A stretch of 64,000 bases of DNA from the human T2T-CHM13v2.0 reference genome, Homo sapiens: assembly GCF_009914755.1 (NCBI RefSeq), contig NC_060927.1. One strand, given 5' to 3'. Positions 43,930 through 62,060 of this stretch are shown here, piece by piece (position 1 is the stretch's first letter; every line of letters starts with the position of its first letter). The notes beneath the pieces were generated by a model. The model ran no database searches, was not told where the DNA came from, and saw only the letters and a list, made by a program, of their open reading frames with translations. Position numbers and translations under genes: made by a program.

Positions 43930-44403
43930 CAATGAATAGACAAAGAAAGATGGAAAGAGGATGTGTGTGTAACCCAGAGCAGAAGGACTTGAGGCTGACT
44001 GTGGAGTAGAAAGGAGAAGGGAGACAGGGACAAGGCAGGCAGCAGGAAGAGCTGTAGGTGTGGGAGCCAGCATCACAAAGGGTCCATCCCAGGTGACCAC
44101 ATCCATGCCTGCAGCACCCGGGTGGACGGCGAAGCAGTTATGCTCGTTGGCTCATGGTCACTGTTATCTGAAGATAACTGTGAGTCACATTTTCTCTGGG
44201 ATTTCAAAAACTAAATAAACCTATTTATAATCCCCTCTTAACAGTATAATTTAGTTCAGTGTTTTGTGAGCCCTTTTCTGTTTCAGATCCAGTTCTTTGA
44301 GTATTGACACACCATCACAGTCTTACTGTGACACGGGCCTGTCTTGTACCAGTGTATCCAGCAGATGGCATTAGAATTCTTAAATGTCAGCTCCATACTC
44401 TTA

Positions 44404-45030
<627 letters not shown>

Positions 45031-45539
45031 AGTGATCTGCTTTTACACGCTTTATGGTCCGACTATACATAATCCTCCCATTAGTAACTAAAGTATTGGC
45101 CAATAAATTTTTCCCAGGCATACATTAAACATTCACAATACTCTGTGGCCATGTTTAACTTGGGAGCAAGTAGTGGCAAAACCTCCTATACAAAAACGTG
45201 ACCACACCTCATTCATGCCTTTGTAGAGCTAAGCAAAATGCTTTAGATCAAAAATTGCCTTGAATTATTTACGTTCATTATAATCTCTCCTCTAGGCCTT
45301 TGTGTGTTTTGATAGAGTTCGTTTGAATTGGCTCAATAAATCATTTTATTTGCTGCAGAATTCCCAAAGAACATTCAGATCCATATACATGAGATTCCTG
45401 CTGCGTTTAGCCATACATTTGCCAGACTTGTGATGTCGTTTATTCCCTGTGAAAGCTCAAGTGCAGCCCACAGGGAGGTTTTCAGCTGACCTTGTTGTGA
45501 CATGCAGATGAGGTAGTAGAGTTTAGAATTTGGAACGGG

Positions 45540-45668
45540 GATGGGTACTGGTCTTTACAGTTAACACAACCTGGAGTAGCCCATGCCATACTGTGTCCTT
45601 TTAAGTCAGTAAATTGAACTAAGTCGGTTATTCGGCAAGCAGTTCCTATAAAAAACTACATGGCTAAG
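45540..45668 (+). other. C3orf20: Probable non-coding first exon of C3orf20 (5' end uncertain)
   Basis: Strong donor AAG|gtgagt at 45668/45669 in unique sequence ~2.5 kb after CCDC174, consistent with the recalled gene spacing. Confidence 0.6.
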
Positions 45669-46093
45669 GTGAGTGATGATCACTGAAAGGAATTCATTGA
45701 CCCACTGAAAAAATGAGAGTAGATGAAACTACTGCAGTCATCCTGCCTGCCCCTGTTAGCTGGCTGAGTGAGGTGTTTTGCCCCGGTGGGCTGTGGACAT
45801 TATCTTCATGTTTAAAGTGTGTGTACTGGGGGCGAGAGGCCAGGAATGGTATGATGGGTGTAGGTCATTGTCTAGGAAAACTAGAAAATCCAAATGTTCA
45901 AAGGAAGTAAGGTGTTGTAGTGAAAAGCTGTCACCCTGGCCTATCGATGTTCTGTTATGGTGTTTCTTAGTAAATCCCAGGCTGCATCTATATAGTCACT
46001 CATAGTAAGTGTGTGTTTGTCCAGTGGTAGGAGTGGCCAGAAATATTGCATCTGTTCCACCCTCAATTGGAACAGCTTCTTTCTCCACTGTAT

Positions 46094-46399
46094 TTCTTTT
46101 GTTTTTGTTATTTATTTATTTATTTTTGGAGATGGAGTCCCGCTCTGCTGCCTAGGCTGGAGTGCAGTGGCTCACTGCAACCTCCACTCCCCGGGTTCAA
46201 GTGATTCTCCTGCCTCAGCCTCCCGAGTAGCTGGGATTACAGGCATGCACCACCACGTCCAGCTAATTTTTGTATTTTTAGTAGAAATGGGGTTTCACCC
46301 ATGTTGGCCAGGCTGGTCTCGAGCTCCTGACCTCAGATGATCTGCCTGCCTCATCCTCCCAAAGTGCTGGGATGACGGGTGTGAGCCACTGCACCCGGC
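46094..46399 (-). mobile_element. AluS
   Basis: TSD ctccact(g/a)(t/c)atttct. Confidence 0.9.
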
Positions 46400-47719
46400 C
46401 CTCCACTACATTTCTAATTGCCACATTCTCCCTAAGTCTGAAAGCTCACATGCTTAGTAACAGTTTGGCCAGGTTTTAAGCATTTTCTGTGGGGTGTACT
46501 GCATTCCTTCCCCCTCCCCCCCGCCTTTTTTTTTTTGGTCATTATTCCCTGCGGTTGAACAGAGCACCTCCCCGCACCCCACCCCACACCAGCCTCTCCA
46601 TGCACAGCCATAGTTGTTCACGGTTTTTGAAAATCAAAAAATACAAGAGTGGACCTTGCTCCCAGCCCAGGTCTCCCAGGTTGCAAGTGAGTCTGGTAAC
46701 TGTGCCACTGTCTTTGCTGGGAACCCAGGTTTTATTGCTTTTCCAAAAATAATCACCTTTTCCTTAAAAAGAAAAGGCTTTGTATCTCTGTGTCCAACTT
46801 ATGATCTGCACAGGTTTCCATGGAATGTGTAATCAGTGTATACACACCATTTGGTTCTTCTTTCTTTAACATTTCTAAAACCGAGCTTCCTAGTTATTTT
46901 TAATTGTTGCCTAATAGTTCATCAGCTTAATGTACATCATTATTTCACTATAGGGAATGAAGTGGCTATAAGCATCTTTTAGTATGGTTTAACAAACATC
47001 GATCTTTATACAGATAACTTCCCTGACACTCCTCCCCCCCATTTTGAAACTGTCCCCTGGGGTGCCACTTTCATAAGCAGGAAAACTGGGTCAAAGAGAT
47101 GGTCAATTTTATGTTTCTTCATGGGTCTTGTCAGGAGACCCATCACAGTAAGGGCCCTTTGATACCACAGTGAATCTCCTTGAGAATCCACTCTAGGATG
47201 GCTACCATGAGATTCCAGTGTCACATTAAACCTTGGCTTCTCATGAAGTTAAGCTCAATCTTATGTGCAGTGGCCCCAACTCTGCTCACCTTAAGATCCA
47301 CTTCTCTCTAGCAGAGCCCTTCTTTCCTTTTCTCTGCCAAGCATCTGTCCAGAATGCTGTTTTATATGCTTAACAGTACAGAGAACAGCATCTATTAATT
47401 TTCCTAGGTCCACCTCCATTTCTTTTATGCATCTAGTGAGGGCTGATTCTCAGACCTGTCCTAGCCTAAAGCCATGCCTGCTCACAAATTGCAGTCACGC
47501 GCTGACATCTGGACTCGCTGCCCTTATCAGAAGTATTTCTGATTAAAATCAGAGAGCCAGAAACTAGAGAAAATAGCAGAGAACACCGTGACCAGATAAC
47601 CTGAGGAGGCTTAGTTTGATTGTCTTCTTAAGTATACAGCTGTGTATACTTTGACCAAAAAATGTGTTCTGAATCAGTGCCAGTAAAGGGGTGGAGGTAT
47701 GCCCTCTCTCTGCTTTTAA

Positions 47720-48209
<490 letters not shown>

Positions 48210-48378
48210 TGAACATCCTTTTTTGATCGTAGGCAGAAATAAGTGTGCTGTGGGTGCAGCTCACATCCTTGGCTAACCCCTAGCAGCAGCTATCCATATC
48301 CACTCACCCCACCACACTTCCCTCCACGCTGCCAGCAGCAGAAGGAGCACCCTACAATGCAGATGCCTCCTTTGTTTG

Positions 48379-48412
48379 CCAACTTCAGTAGTTTCCCAAC
48401 TTCAGTAGTTTC
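48379..48412. repeat. Perfect 17-bp tandem duplication
   Basis: ccaacttcagtagtttc twice. Confidence 0.9.
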
Positions 48413-50294
48413 CCATCAGCTACAAGATCAAGCTCAGGCTCCTCTCACCTGGTCCTACCCTCCCCACCTCTACACTACCCTGTAGCGGCATCCAGTTCCT
48501 TGCTGTTCCACAAACTTGTCAGGGCTGTTTGGAGCCTTCAGCCTGTACAAGAGCTGTGCCCATCGCCTGTAATACAACCTTTGACCACTTCAAATAATGA
48601 CCTTTTTTCTACCTAACAATTACTGAGCATTCAACTCTGTGCTGCGTGTGTGCTGACCCTTCACACACACCACCTCACTAATCCTCACAGTCCTTGAAGG
48701 TGGGGACTAGTGTCACACGTGGCCATTGGGAACATCACACAGATCAAAGGCTGGGCTCAAGGTCACATTGCCTAAACACACATTCATGTGACGTGAGAAC
48801 CTTAACTCTTGCCCTCCCAGTGACACTTCCTTCTCTGGGTTTCCATTCCGCCTTGCAGAGAGCATTCTGACTTACTGTAGCCTTCTGTGTGTGTGTCTCC
48901 CCTCTCTACTGTGAGCCCCTCGAGAGCAGGGCCCATGCCTTCCCCATCCCTGTCCCAGAAGCTAACTGGAAACAGTGGAGACATGCAGCAGATTGTTGAC
49001 TGAAGAAGGTGCTGCGTCCATGGTCATCCCTCATATCCTTTATAAATTTCTTACACATTTCATTCCTTTGTGGGAATTGCATCTTGAAGCTTTGTTTATA
49101 GCCATCTGCGTGGGTCCCTTAGGCTATGTGGCTGACTTTAATGCTACAGATATTTTTCCGTTTCTGGCATGTAGCAGTGCTGGGCTTAGCATTGTAGAGA
49201 TTATAAAAGAGAAGACATGGCCCCTGCCCTCCAATTGCAGAGATGAGACCATATGGAACACAATTAGCCATTAAAGACAATACATTTCAGTATTTGCATG
49301 GAGTATTTGATTATATAGCACATGCAAATTCTTTGGAATGACATACAAGGCCCTGCAAGATCTGATTCTAGGCCACTTTCCCAGTTTCATCTGCTACTCT
49401 CCCACGGATCCCCCCACATCCCAGACATACTGAGGTGTGTGCAGTCCTCTGAGCCCACCATGCTTCCAATGTCACCATCTCTTTGTAGGTGCTGTTTCTT
49501 CTTCCTAGAATGCCTGTCTTGTTCCTATCTGCCTGGCAACTTCTTACTCATCTTTTAGAACACTGTCTAGTGCCAGTTCTTTCCTTTTTGTTTTTGTTTT
49601 TGTTTTCATGGCCTTTGTATGTTTTTCTGTAGTGTGACCCTTATCACATAAGTCAGTTTTGTAAGTCTGCTCTGCCTGTTCATTGTTGAGTTACTTTAGG
49701 TCAAGATCCGTGTCTCAGTGATGGAAAAATGAATGACAAAATAGAAATTGGATAAATGGGAAGGAAGGAGTGATGATCTAACATGGCTGGGGGTCAGTGG
49801 GGAATCACTTTCATTGGCCAGAATAGAGAGCTAAATAAAGTGGCTTAAAGGCATTAGAGGTTCATTTGCATGTGGAAAAAGCCTGGAGGTGGATGGTTGA
49901 GTGCTGGTGTGGGTGCCACAATGTCATCAGGAGCCCGGGCTCTGCTGCGCAGCTTGGCCACCTTTAATGCGAAGTTTCCCTCTTCAGGGTAATCTCGTGG
50001 CTCAAAATGGTTGCTGGAGCTGCAGCCATCTTATCCATTTCAGGCAAGAAGGACTAGAGAGGTCAGCTGGTACAAAAAAAAAAAATTATGTTCATTCCCT
50101 GAAGGCAGTCTCCTTCAAACAGATTTCTCAGGGTCCTTTACCCAGGAGCTTCATCTGCATCTCAGGCCAGGATGTAGTCACATGGTCACCTCTGAGTTTG
50201 GAAGAGATGTAAATATACAGCAATAAACATAGGTTATCTCCACATTTAATTTAAAATGACATTGCTTTTTAAAACAGTTTTTAGGTCTGAATAC

Positions 50295-51090
50295 ACATTT
50301 CTCAAAAAAAGATATAAAATGGCCAATAAGCATATGAAAAGATGCTTAGGGAATTAGTCATTAGGGAAATACAAATCAGAACCACAATGAGACATAATTT
50401 CACATCTACCAGGATAGCACTAGAGTCAAAAAGGCATAATAACAAGTGCTGGCAAAGAGAGAAATTAGAATTCTCAAAACGCCACTGGTGGGACTGTGAA
50501 ATGTTACAGCAGTCTGGCAAGCCCTCACAAAGTTAAACACTTGAGTTACCCTATGACCCAGCAATCCCACTTCTAGGTATACATATGTGAGAGAATGAAA
50601 ACATACATCCACACAAAAGCTTATGTATGCATATTCATAGCACTATTCATAATAGCCAAAAAATAAAAATAACCAAAATGCCCATTAACAAATGAGTGGA
50701 TCAACAAATTGTGGTATATCCATACAGTGGAATATTACTCTGTCATTAAAAGGAGTGAAGTACTGATACATGCTATATAACATGGATGAATTTAAAAAAC
50801 ATTACAGCAAGTGAAAGAAGACAGTCACAAAAAAACCCACATAGTTGATGATCCTATTTTTATGAAATGTCCAGAACAGGCAAATCCACAGAGACAGAAA
50901 CTAGACGAATGGTTGCCTGAGGGTGAGGGGAAACAGGGAGTGACTGATGATGGGTTTTGTGTGGGGGCAATAGAATGTTCTAAAATTTGATAGTAATGGT
51001 TATACAACTCTGAATATACTAAAAGCCATTGTACACACGTTAAAAAGGGTGGATTGTATGTGAATTCTATCTCAATAAAGCTGTTCAAAA
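50295..51090 (+). mobile_element. L1MB-like 3' end
   Basis: atggccaataagcatatgaaaagatgc...tgtgaattctatctcaataaagctg. Confidence 0.88.
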
Positions 51091-52384
51091 ATTCAGTTTT
51101 TATCTGTAAGATATATCTTCAAAATTAACCTCAAAAAACAAAGGAACTGGTGGCAGGGGGGATAAGTTTCCCAAACCAGTTAATATTTCAAGACTTATAT
51201 TAGTTATCTCCTTCTTCTCATTTAAGTCCTGACTTAAAAAAAAATCTGCCCTGCACAGTCAGGATCAGATCCCTCTGGCTGGTTGCCCAGATGACCGGGA
51301 TTCTGAGTGGTTTCTTTGTCCTGTGGACTTATCATTTCAAAAACAAAGCTCTTTTTCCCAATCTGCAAAGCTGAGGAATGGAGATGCCAGGAGGTCAACA
51401 AATAGGCGTAGGAAGCCACTATCTGCAAACCAGCAGGATGCTGGAAGGGTTTGCTCTTTGGGGCTCATGTTCCTTGGAGATTTTGTTACTGATAGATGGA
51501 CAGAGGCAGGTCAGAGGCCATGAAAAATTAGTGTGGTGTTTGGAAAGGCCTCTGTGCCAGGAGTCTGCAGATGGGTGACTCCTGACCAAGAGCTCTGATT
51601 CCCAGCAAAACAAGAAAGATGATAGCCTTCTCACCACTGGGTGGGCACACGAGCTCGTGGCTGTGAGCCTGCCCTGTAAACATGGAAGGTGGGCACCAGG
51701 CAGGCCATCCTGGAATGGCGAACTTGGGGTGGCTCCAGAGGGTTTGAAAAGGGAAAGGGAGCATTGTCTAGTGGAAAAGAAGACGTAGGTGTGTTGGCTG
51801 GAGTGGTTGTCAGGATAAAAGGTGGTCGAAGAGATGGTTGGACAGCTGCACTCACTCACAAGTGTGGTCAGAAGCCTTGGGCCAGCAGCCCTTCCTGGTA
51901 AGTGGGCTGGTTAGGGTTGTTGGAGTTGGGCAACAGGAACAACTCGCTGACTCTGCATCAAGATGCTGGAGATGGCCATCAGCATCTAAGTCTCCCTGGG
52001 GTTGACCTTTGCTACGTGCTGTGGATTCTTGAGTCTTTCACGGAGGCTCACACTCTCATAAAGTCCCTTGGGAATTACAAGAAACAAATCATTTTTGTGT
52101 AGCATAAGATGTGACTAGTTTTAATTTGATATATTATTAAAGACTGCTATCAGGTTCATTTTGTTCAGAAAAATGAAACTTTCAGGATCTGGTTACAAAA
52201 CTCTGCCAGTGTATTTACAGGTTTTTCTAGCCATTTTTTTGCTTATTAAATTGTTCTTTATGCTTCCTTTCTTCAACCAGTGGTCTATTTTTGGTATAAG
52301 TTAAGAAGGTAAGAATAAAACACAATGTAGAAATATGTCAGGGTAAACATTACTGTAGTATTAAAGTGGAAAAATATTTATTAT

Positions 52385-52532
52385 AGTCCATTGATTTTCA
52401 GGCACATTTTCCAACTTTAACATCTCTGAAATTGTAATATGTCTTACAGTCAATGGCAGCTTACATTCATTTTTTTCTTATAAGATGGTGCATCTTTTGA
52501 TCACTAATGTCTTGGATTTGATGAAATTTGGC
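52385..52532 (+). mobile_element. MER104-like (TcMar-Tc2) DNA element
   Basis: tttaacatctctgaaattg...tcttacagtcaatggca...gatttgatgaaatttgg. Confidence 0.55.
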
Positions 52533-52700
52533 AAATTATATTAGTGATTGAGCTTAGTAAATGCATTGTCCTCATTCTTTCCTGTCTGCCCTCAGATGTA
52601 CACGTTGGATAATTCCATGCCCATCTTGGCATTGCGACCAGGAGCTTCTGCATCCCTTGCTTCCAAAGAGAACCAGTGAAACATCTTTTTATTCTTGCAG

Positions 52701-52929
52701 GTTCTTAATGATTGACCACAAGCAGATCTTTCACCCTCGGATCTCTAGCTACAAAAGGTGCAATGGGACCTTTCTCTCTTCCCCAGCCCTTCCATTCCTC
52801 CAGCCCCCCCAGGGTCCTATACCCAGTTTGTGTGACTGTCCTTGAAGCTTTCCTGGAACCATACTTATCATCAGACCTTTCCCAAAGTGACTCACTAACA
52901 TTGGTCTCTCTGATGGTGTCTCTGGGTAG
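52701..52929 (+). other. C3orf20: Probable 5' UTR exon of C3orf20 (3' end uncertain)
   Basis: Good acceptor ctttttattcttgcag at 52700; donor AG|gtaagg at 52929/52930. Confidence 0.5.
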
Positions 52930-53124
52930 GTAAGGGACGGGGGACCTCCCCTTGCCCTACTATGGGGAGAGTGACTAACTCTTTTCTTGTCCTTTCCGGA
53001 TAGGAACCACTGGCTCAATGACCTGTAAGGGCCGTTTCAGCACATCCATTCTGTCCATCTCCAAGCCTTCACCGTAGGGAAGAACTTTTGCTCTCAGTCA
53101 CCTCTCAGAGAGCTCTCTTTATAG

Positions 53125-53721
<597 letters not shown>

Positions 53722-54021
53722 TAGGAATTGGATGCCTTCCCTCTGCGGCTCCTGGAATCATCCTCTCACTCCTCCCTGTTCTCCCATTTTTCCTGCCATT
53801 GCCCCAGCTTTCCAGAGTCCAGATTGGAAGGTTAGTAATAGAAATGTGCGAGGTCAGAGGCACTAAGGGGCAGTGTTTGTGAGAATGATGCTGAGGTGCG
53901 GAGACAGCACCCATGTCCGGGTGGCATATGAAGTTTTCAAACCAGCAGGGCTGATTGGGAAGTAGCCAGACAGAGCCCAGTAGAGCCAGAACAAGGGGGA
54001 GTCATAAGAACCAGGGTCCCA

Positions 54022-54360
<339 letters not shown>

Positions 54361-54633
54361 TCAAGGCCAGGACCTACAGCAGCACCAGTGATGGAGCCTT
54401 CTGGATGCTGCATCATTTCAGAAACCAATAGCATCGGTACCCAGGCCTATGGGTAGGAAGAGAGACAGGCAAAGGGAGGAGAGCAAAGCGACATCTGAAG
54501 GGTCCTCAGAGCTTGAGAGCCTTTCACAGTAGCCCCCTCACCCCTGCATACCCTAGGAATAGCGCTCTACTCTACCCTTCTTTCCTAGGCCATTTACAGA
54601 GGTCCTTTTCTGGAAGCATTAGCCCCATGCTAG

Positions 54634-54831
<198 letters not shown>

Positions 54832-55323
54832 TAGGTAAGAAGTGCAAACAATATCAGCAGGAATGCAATGGAAAGGCAAAACCCCCAGTTTGAAGGTTTG
54901 ACATTTCCAAGAATTGAGGTGGATGTGGAGCAACAGGGATTTTCAAATGCTACAGGTGAGTGGATGAATTGGTGCAATTCCTGTGGAGAGTGGTTTGGCG
55001 GTATCTGCTGAGTGGGCAACAGCTACACCTCACAACCCAGCAGCTCCTCTTAGAGGTCATTCCCTAGAGCCGTGCTCTCAAGCTACGTGCAGTGAAGGAC
55101 TCATGTTTAAAATTTCCAGTCTGTTGTGGACTGACCCTTTTAAACACATGATAAATGTCACAGCAGTGTCAAGTTGCTGCACAGGCCTCTCAGTGCTCAC
55201 CTTCAGTTTTTGTGCTCACCTGGTCATGGCCTATGTGGGTCAGTGGCAGTCCACAGGCCGCACTCGAGTCATACAGCCCGAGGGAAGCTCACACATGTTC
55301 CAGAAGTCATACAAGAATGTTTA

Positions 55324-55460
<137 letters not shown>

Positions 55461-55865
55461 GAAATGTTTATTGCAGAATTCTTTGGACTGGCAAAAATTA
55501 ATCCGAATGTTTATCAACAAGAGAAAAAGATATAAATTAAGGTCCATTTAGACAGTGGGACATAATGAATCACGAAAATGAGTGAGGCACTAAAGCATAG
55601 ATATTTACAGAGAGAAATCTCCAATGATAGTATTAAGGAAAAAAAAGAGGAAGCTGTGGGAGGATATTACTTTTCAAAGTTTAAAAGCATGGAAAGTAGT
55701 AATATATCATTTATAGGTACATTACACAAAGTACAAGTATAAAAGCATGAAGGGGGAAATTCGAGGAAGTGATCTCTGGGGAGAGAGAAGGGGAACAGGA
55801 TCTGGAAGACAGCAAGCAGTTGAGTCTGTAATGTTCTTTTTGTTGCTTTTTTCTCACCCAGTGAC

Positions 55866-55915
55866 CTCTCTCTCTCTCTCTCTGTTTCTCTCTCTCTCTC
55901 TCTCTCTCTCTGTGC

Positions 55916-55948
<33 letters not shown>
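55866..55948. repeat. Compound (TC)n(TG)n microsatellite
   Basis: Read directly from the sequence. Confidence 0.95.
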
Positions 55949-57130
<1,182 letters not shown>

Positions 57131-58665
57131 GCAGTGTTTTATGTCTTAAGCTTGGTAAATACACAGGTGTTCATTTTGAATGCCTGAAAGTACTCACTGA
57201 CAAGAGGTTTTATAGGAAGCATAAAAAAATTCTATCTCCTAACTATTTGCTGTCACCTGTAGAGTCAGTCCCCATTTAGTCTCTCTCCCTGTCCACTGAG
57301 TCAGTAGCTTTGTCAGGCTCCCCTGATGGTCAGAGATTAAACATCTGCTAATACACACATACAGTGCAAATAAATTGCATAGAAAAATTGCAGATCTTGG
57401 GGAAAAAATGTAAGATTTCATGAAGTCAATGAAAGTGATGCTGGAGAGCTGCAGAATGCCCCTCCAATGCCCCTGATGCCTGATGCGGGGGAGCAGCACT
57501 AGCCGCCTGCCGCAGAAGGGAAAACCGAATACAGGATCATGACTCCATGGAGAGAAAATAAAAAGCAGTAAAGCTCTTCAATAATTTTGCAAAAGGAAAA
57601 CATGAAGGGCCTTATGTTTTATTGCCATGATACAATCATTCAGGAAGAAAGAAACCATACTGCCTTGAAAAACCCAGCAGTCATTTTTATTTTCTTTGTA
57701 AGACTTAATGTGTTCTTAGAGTACCAACTAATTTTTTAAAATACAAGATAAAATGTTATTTTCATAAATTTTGGCTTCCTTTTCTAAGACAAAGTTGTGA
57801 TAAAACACTCTTCCCCACAGTGTTTACCATGAAATGAAGATCTCTGTTTTAGGGGAAGTTACACTGTGCCTGTTTTGTTTAGGATCAGCTAGGCTCTGAG
57901 ACCACAGGTCCTCTAGTTGTGCTGTAATTATTTGTGCAGGTGGTGATCGCCAGACAGAGCTCTGCACCTTGCATTCTGTTTTGGGGCTTAAAGATCTCCC
58001 TCATTTGGGGGCACAGCTGCTAAGTAGTCCGTTGCACGTGCATGAGAGTCCCATGGCAGATGTCAGGGTAGCTCCAGCCCAACCCTCGGGCCTGACACCT
58101 GCCTGAGCCACTCCCACCTGAATACCATGTCTCCTCACTTTTAAAAGGAAAATGGTCCTCACCACTAACACTCCTTCTGATAAAGTGTTTCAGCATTCTT
58201 TCAGGATGAGGGAGGCACAGTGGCTTCTGGCATCCTCTGTGGGCTGCGATTCATCTAATGGAGGAGAATGGGAAGAGAGTTAAGCTGAGCTGGGGGCAGG
58301 GGGCCTTTTGGGTGATCTCTGCATCTTGCTGTCCTGCTGCACCAGCCGATTGCTGAGAGCGCCCCTCTCCATCACACTCCCTAGCAAGCATCCCTGTCTT
58401 GTTGGCACTTGCTGGTGCAGACGCTCCTCTCTTTAATTAAGCCTAGAGTTTCCAGACAAAAATCTAAGTAGCAAAACAAAAACGAAGGAGTGATCCATTT
58501 ATTTTGGAAAAACACTCATTCATCCTAAAAGGACTTTACTTACATAGCACTCCTGGGGCATAAAAAAGAAGATTCAAACTCTGATGATTTGTTTTGCATG
58601 AATTATGTTTTTCGGGACCGTCCTCTTATGTGAGGTAGACCAAAGCTGTAACAGGTCTAGAGTTA

Positions 58666-59085
<420 letters not shown>

Positions 59086-60400
59086 TCACTGAAGAAAACC
59101 AGACTGCTCCTTTATTTTTAGTTGACGACAATATCATTAATAAAAATGCAAAAAAGAGGAAGCAATCCTGCCATCTTCATATAAGAGCTACTTTTCACCT
59201 TTGCAGTTTCCTTTGTGGTTCCTGTGCTCGTGTATGTATATATATATATTTAGAGTATTGCAATTTTTCTGTTTCTTAGTTTCTTTTACTTAACAGAGTA
59301 CAGCTGTTTTCCAACATGGCTATATACTTTAAATAATTGTCATTTTGAGTGGGCATAGACTCCTTGTAATGTTCATGTTCCACATTTACCTAAATGCTTA
59401 GGTTTCCAGGCTTTTTGTTATTTGTATAATGTGCATTGTAATAGGCAACTTTATGCACCTGGCTTCTTATTTCTGTTGTATTTAGTTAACTTCACAGGGG
59501 AGGGATCATTGGAGCAGAGGTCTCAGTATATATATATAGCTCTTCTTCTGAAATCACACTTAATTTGGATTCTCTCTACACCAGCAGGGTTGATGGGTTT
59601 TATTCCTTCTTTACCATTACTGGCTATTGTTAGTTCTTTTCATTTCTACCAAGTTAGAAGGTCCTGAAAGTTGTCTTAATTTCAACTTCTGGATCACTAG
59701 CAGAGGTGATTACTTTTGTGTTTTATCATCCATTGTGGAATCTCTATAGTCTTTGTCCACTTAGGAGGTCAAATTTGCCATTTTCTTTTTGAATTTGAGT
59801 GAGCTGTGATGAGTGAATCACCTAAAATTTTCTAACAGTGGTTTCACGCCTAACCAGTGAAATGACTATATTTGGGGGAAGAATAAACAAATGATTTGGT
59901 GAGGTTTGTATAAGAATGAACAAGATTTTCCACTAGCCATAAGGGTGCTACATTTTAATTCTTAAGTGGTCAGATATCAAACGATTCTATAAAAGATGGT
60001 GTGATTCTGCAAGAGACTGATATATTATTGAAGAAGCATCTGATGTCTGTGGCTTAGATAAGGGGGAATAGATGGTTCTTAATTTCCTTCTTGCTGGCCC
60101 AAGGCTTATCCTCTTGACCTGGTGCAGCACTGATACCTGCCTTTGCCCTTGGAGTAATATCACTTTTCGTGCTTGCTTGCTGTTCCTTGTTCTGGTCCCC
60201 CTCTTGAGAGGGTTGGGGAGGAGAGGCACTGCAGAGGGGAACTGTAAAGATTTCCTCTAATTGCTCTGCCGGTGCATTGCAAAATCTTCTTCCAAGATCT
60301 AGGTGTTTTGTAACAATGCGGCACTTTACAGTATGTGACCCACCGTACTACTAGAACAAGAAATCCATGTTACATTTTTGGCTAATAAAATTAAAAGTAA

Positions 60401-60613
<213 letters not shown>

Positions 60614-61934
60614 TAGGTTTCCGTCTACCCTGTGTAGGTTGGTGGGATGGTTTGATTTGGTCTTCTGATTAGAAGGATACATAGCGGCTCTGCCTGGAGA
60701 TCCAGCAGCTGTCCACACAGATTTGCTCATGGAAAGGTTGTTACAGTCCAGCCCTATCACTGCATAGCACAGGCTCATCATTTCAGCTTGCTCATGCCCT
60801 ACATTCCCAGCGATGTGGCGTCCCTCCTCTGGGACAACATCCCACCAAACCCATCTCTTCTATCCCTACAGTATCCCAAACTCACGCCTCTGCTCAGACA
60901 GCTCTGTCCAGTCACACAGCAAGTGGGGGAACTAGTATCTGAAGAGAGGTATTTGGATACCAAACCTGGTAGACCTCAGTTGCACATCCCAAATTGGGCA
61001 AGTTTTTATGGGCAGGAAACAAAGACATAGGAGATACTCCTATTCTACTGAGGAAGACACACACAGGAGAGGCTTCAGGAAGAGAACAGGTGGCAGACAA
61101 AGACAACCAATGTGACAATACCTGCTCAGGAAGAAGCTCAGAGGAGAGACAGGCTGGGGCTGCAGACAACAGGACAAGGTCTGGCAGAACTCCCAGGCCC
61201 ACCCTGCTAGCCATGACAGCTGGGTTGTGGGGACAGGGTAGGTAGGAGAGGACCACGTTCCTGAAGGTGGTGGGAGGGTGGATGGCAGGCAGGAATGCTC
61301 AGGCTGTCCAGATGACTCCCACAGACACTGGAGGTAAGGCTGGAAGCCAAGGAGCTTGGATTTCCTCCGTGCCCCAGCCCCTGGCTGGCTGTTTGACCCG
61401 CCTTCCTCAGCCCTCACCTCCATGTTGGTAAAAGGGGGATGGTCATCATGGGCGTGCCTTGTATTTCATCACTCACCATATCAAGCTGATCCTATACTCT
61501 TTCCGTTATTGAACAAATGGTTATTGAACACTTGCTAACTGTCAGTCTCTGTACCAAATGCTGGGGATACAGATGTGGACTTGTAAGACAGAAAATGCCT
61601 TGCTTAAAGGAGCTGACCTCCTCCTTCCGGGCACGGAGTAGCTTCAGCGGCCGCCACACCTTCCTGACTGCTCTACCTGTGTTGATGTGCTTCATCTCAT
61701 TGTGGTACAATAACCCACAGCACCATTGCCAGCACCCCATTGCATGTGCGCCTGGCTTAGTACTCCATTATCATGTGCCCTCCTGAGCTGGCCCTAGATC
61801 TGGCCCTGTGATCCCACAGTCAGTTTGAGGGAAAAGAAAGTACTCTCAAGACACCTGGTGATTTAATGACTTTTTCTGCGTAATGAACTTGAGGGTGATG
61901 TCTTGAGCAAGGCTGTTTCAAAGCAAGAGTTAAA

Positions 61935-62060
61935 TACAGAAGTCCTCCGTATCCAGGGTTTCCCCTTTCTGTGGTTTCAGTTACCCATGGTCAACTGCGG
62001 TCCAAAAATATTAAGATATTTTGAGGCAGAGAGAGAGAGGGACCACATTCATATAACTTT
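61935..62060 (+). mobile_element. MER44-like (Tigger) DNA element, interrupted by L1
   Basis: ggtttcagttacccatggtcaactgcggtccaaaaatatt...gaccacattcatataacttt. Confidence 0.7.
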
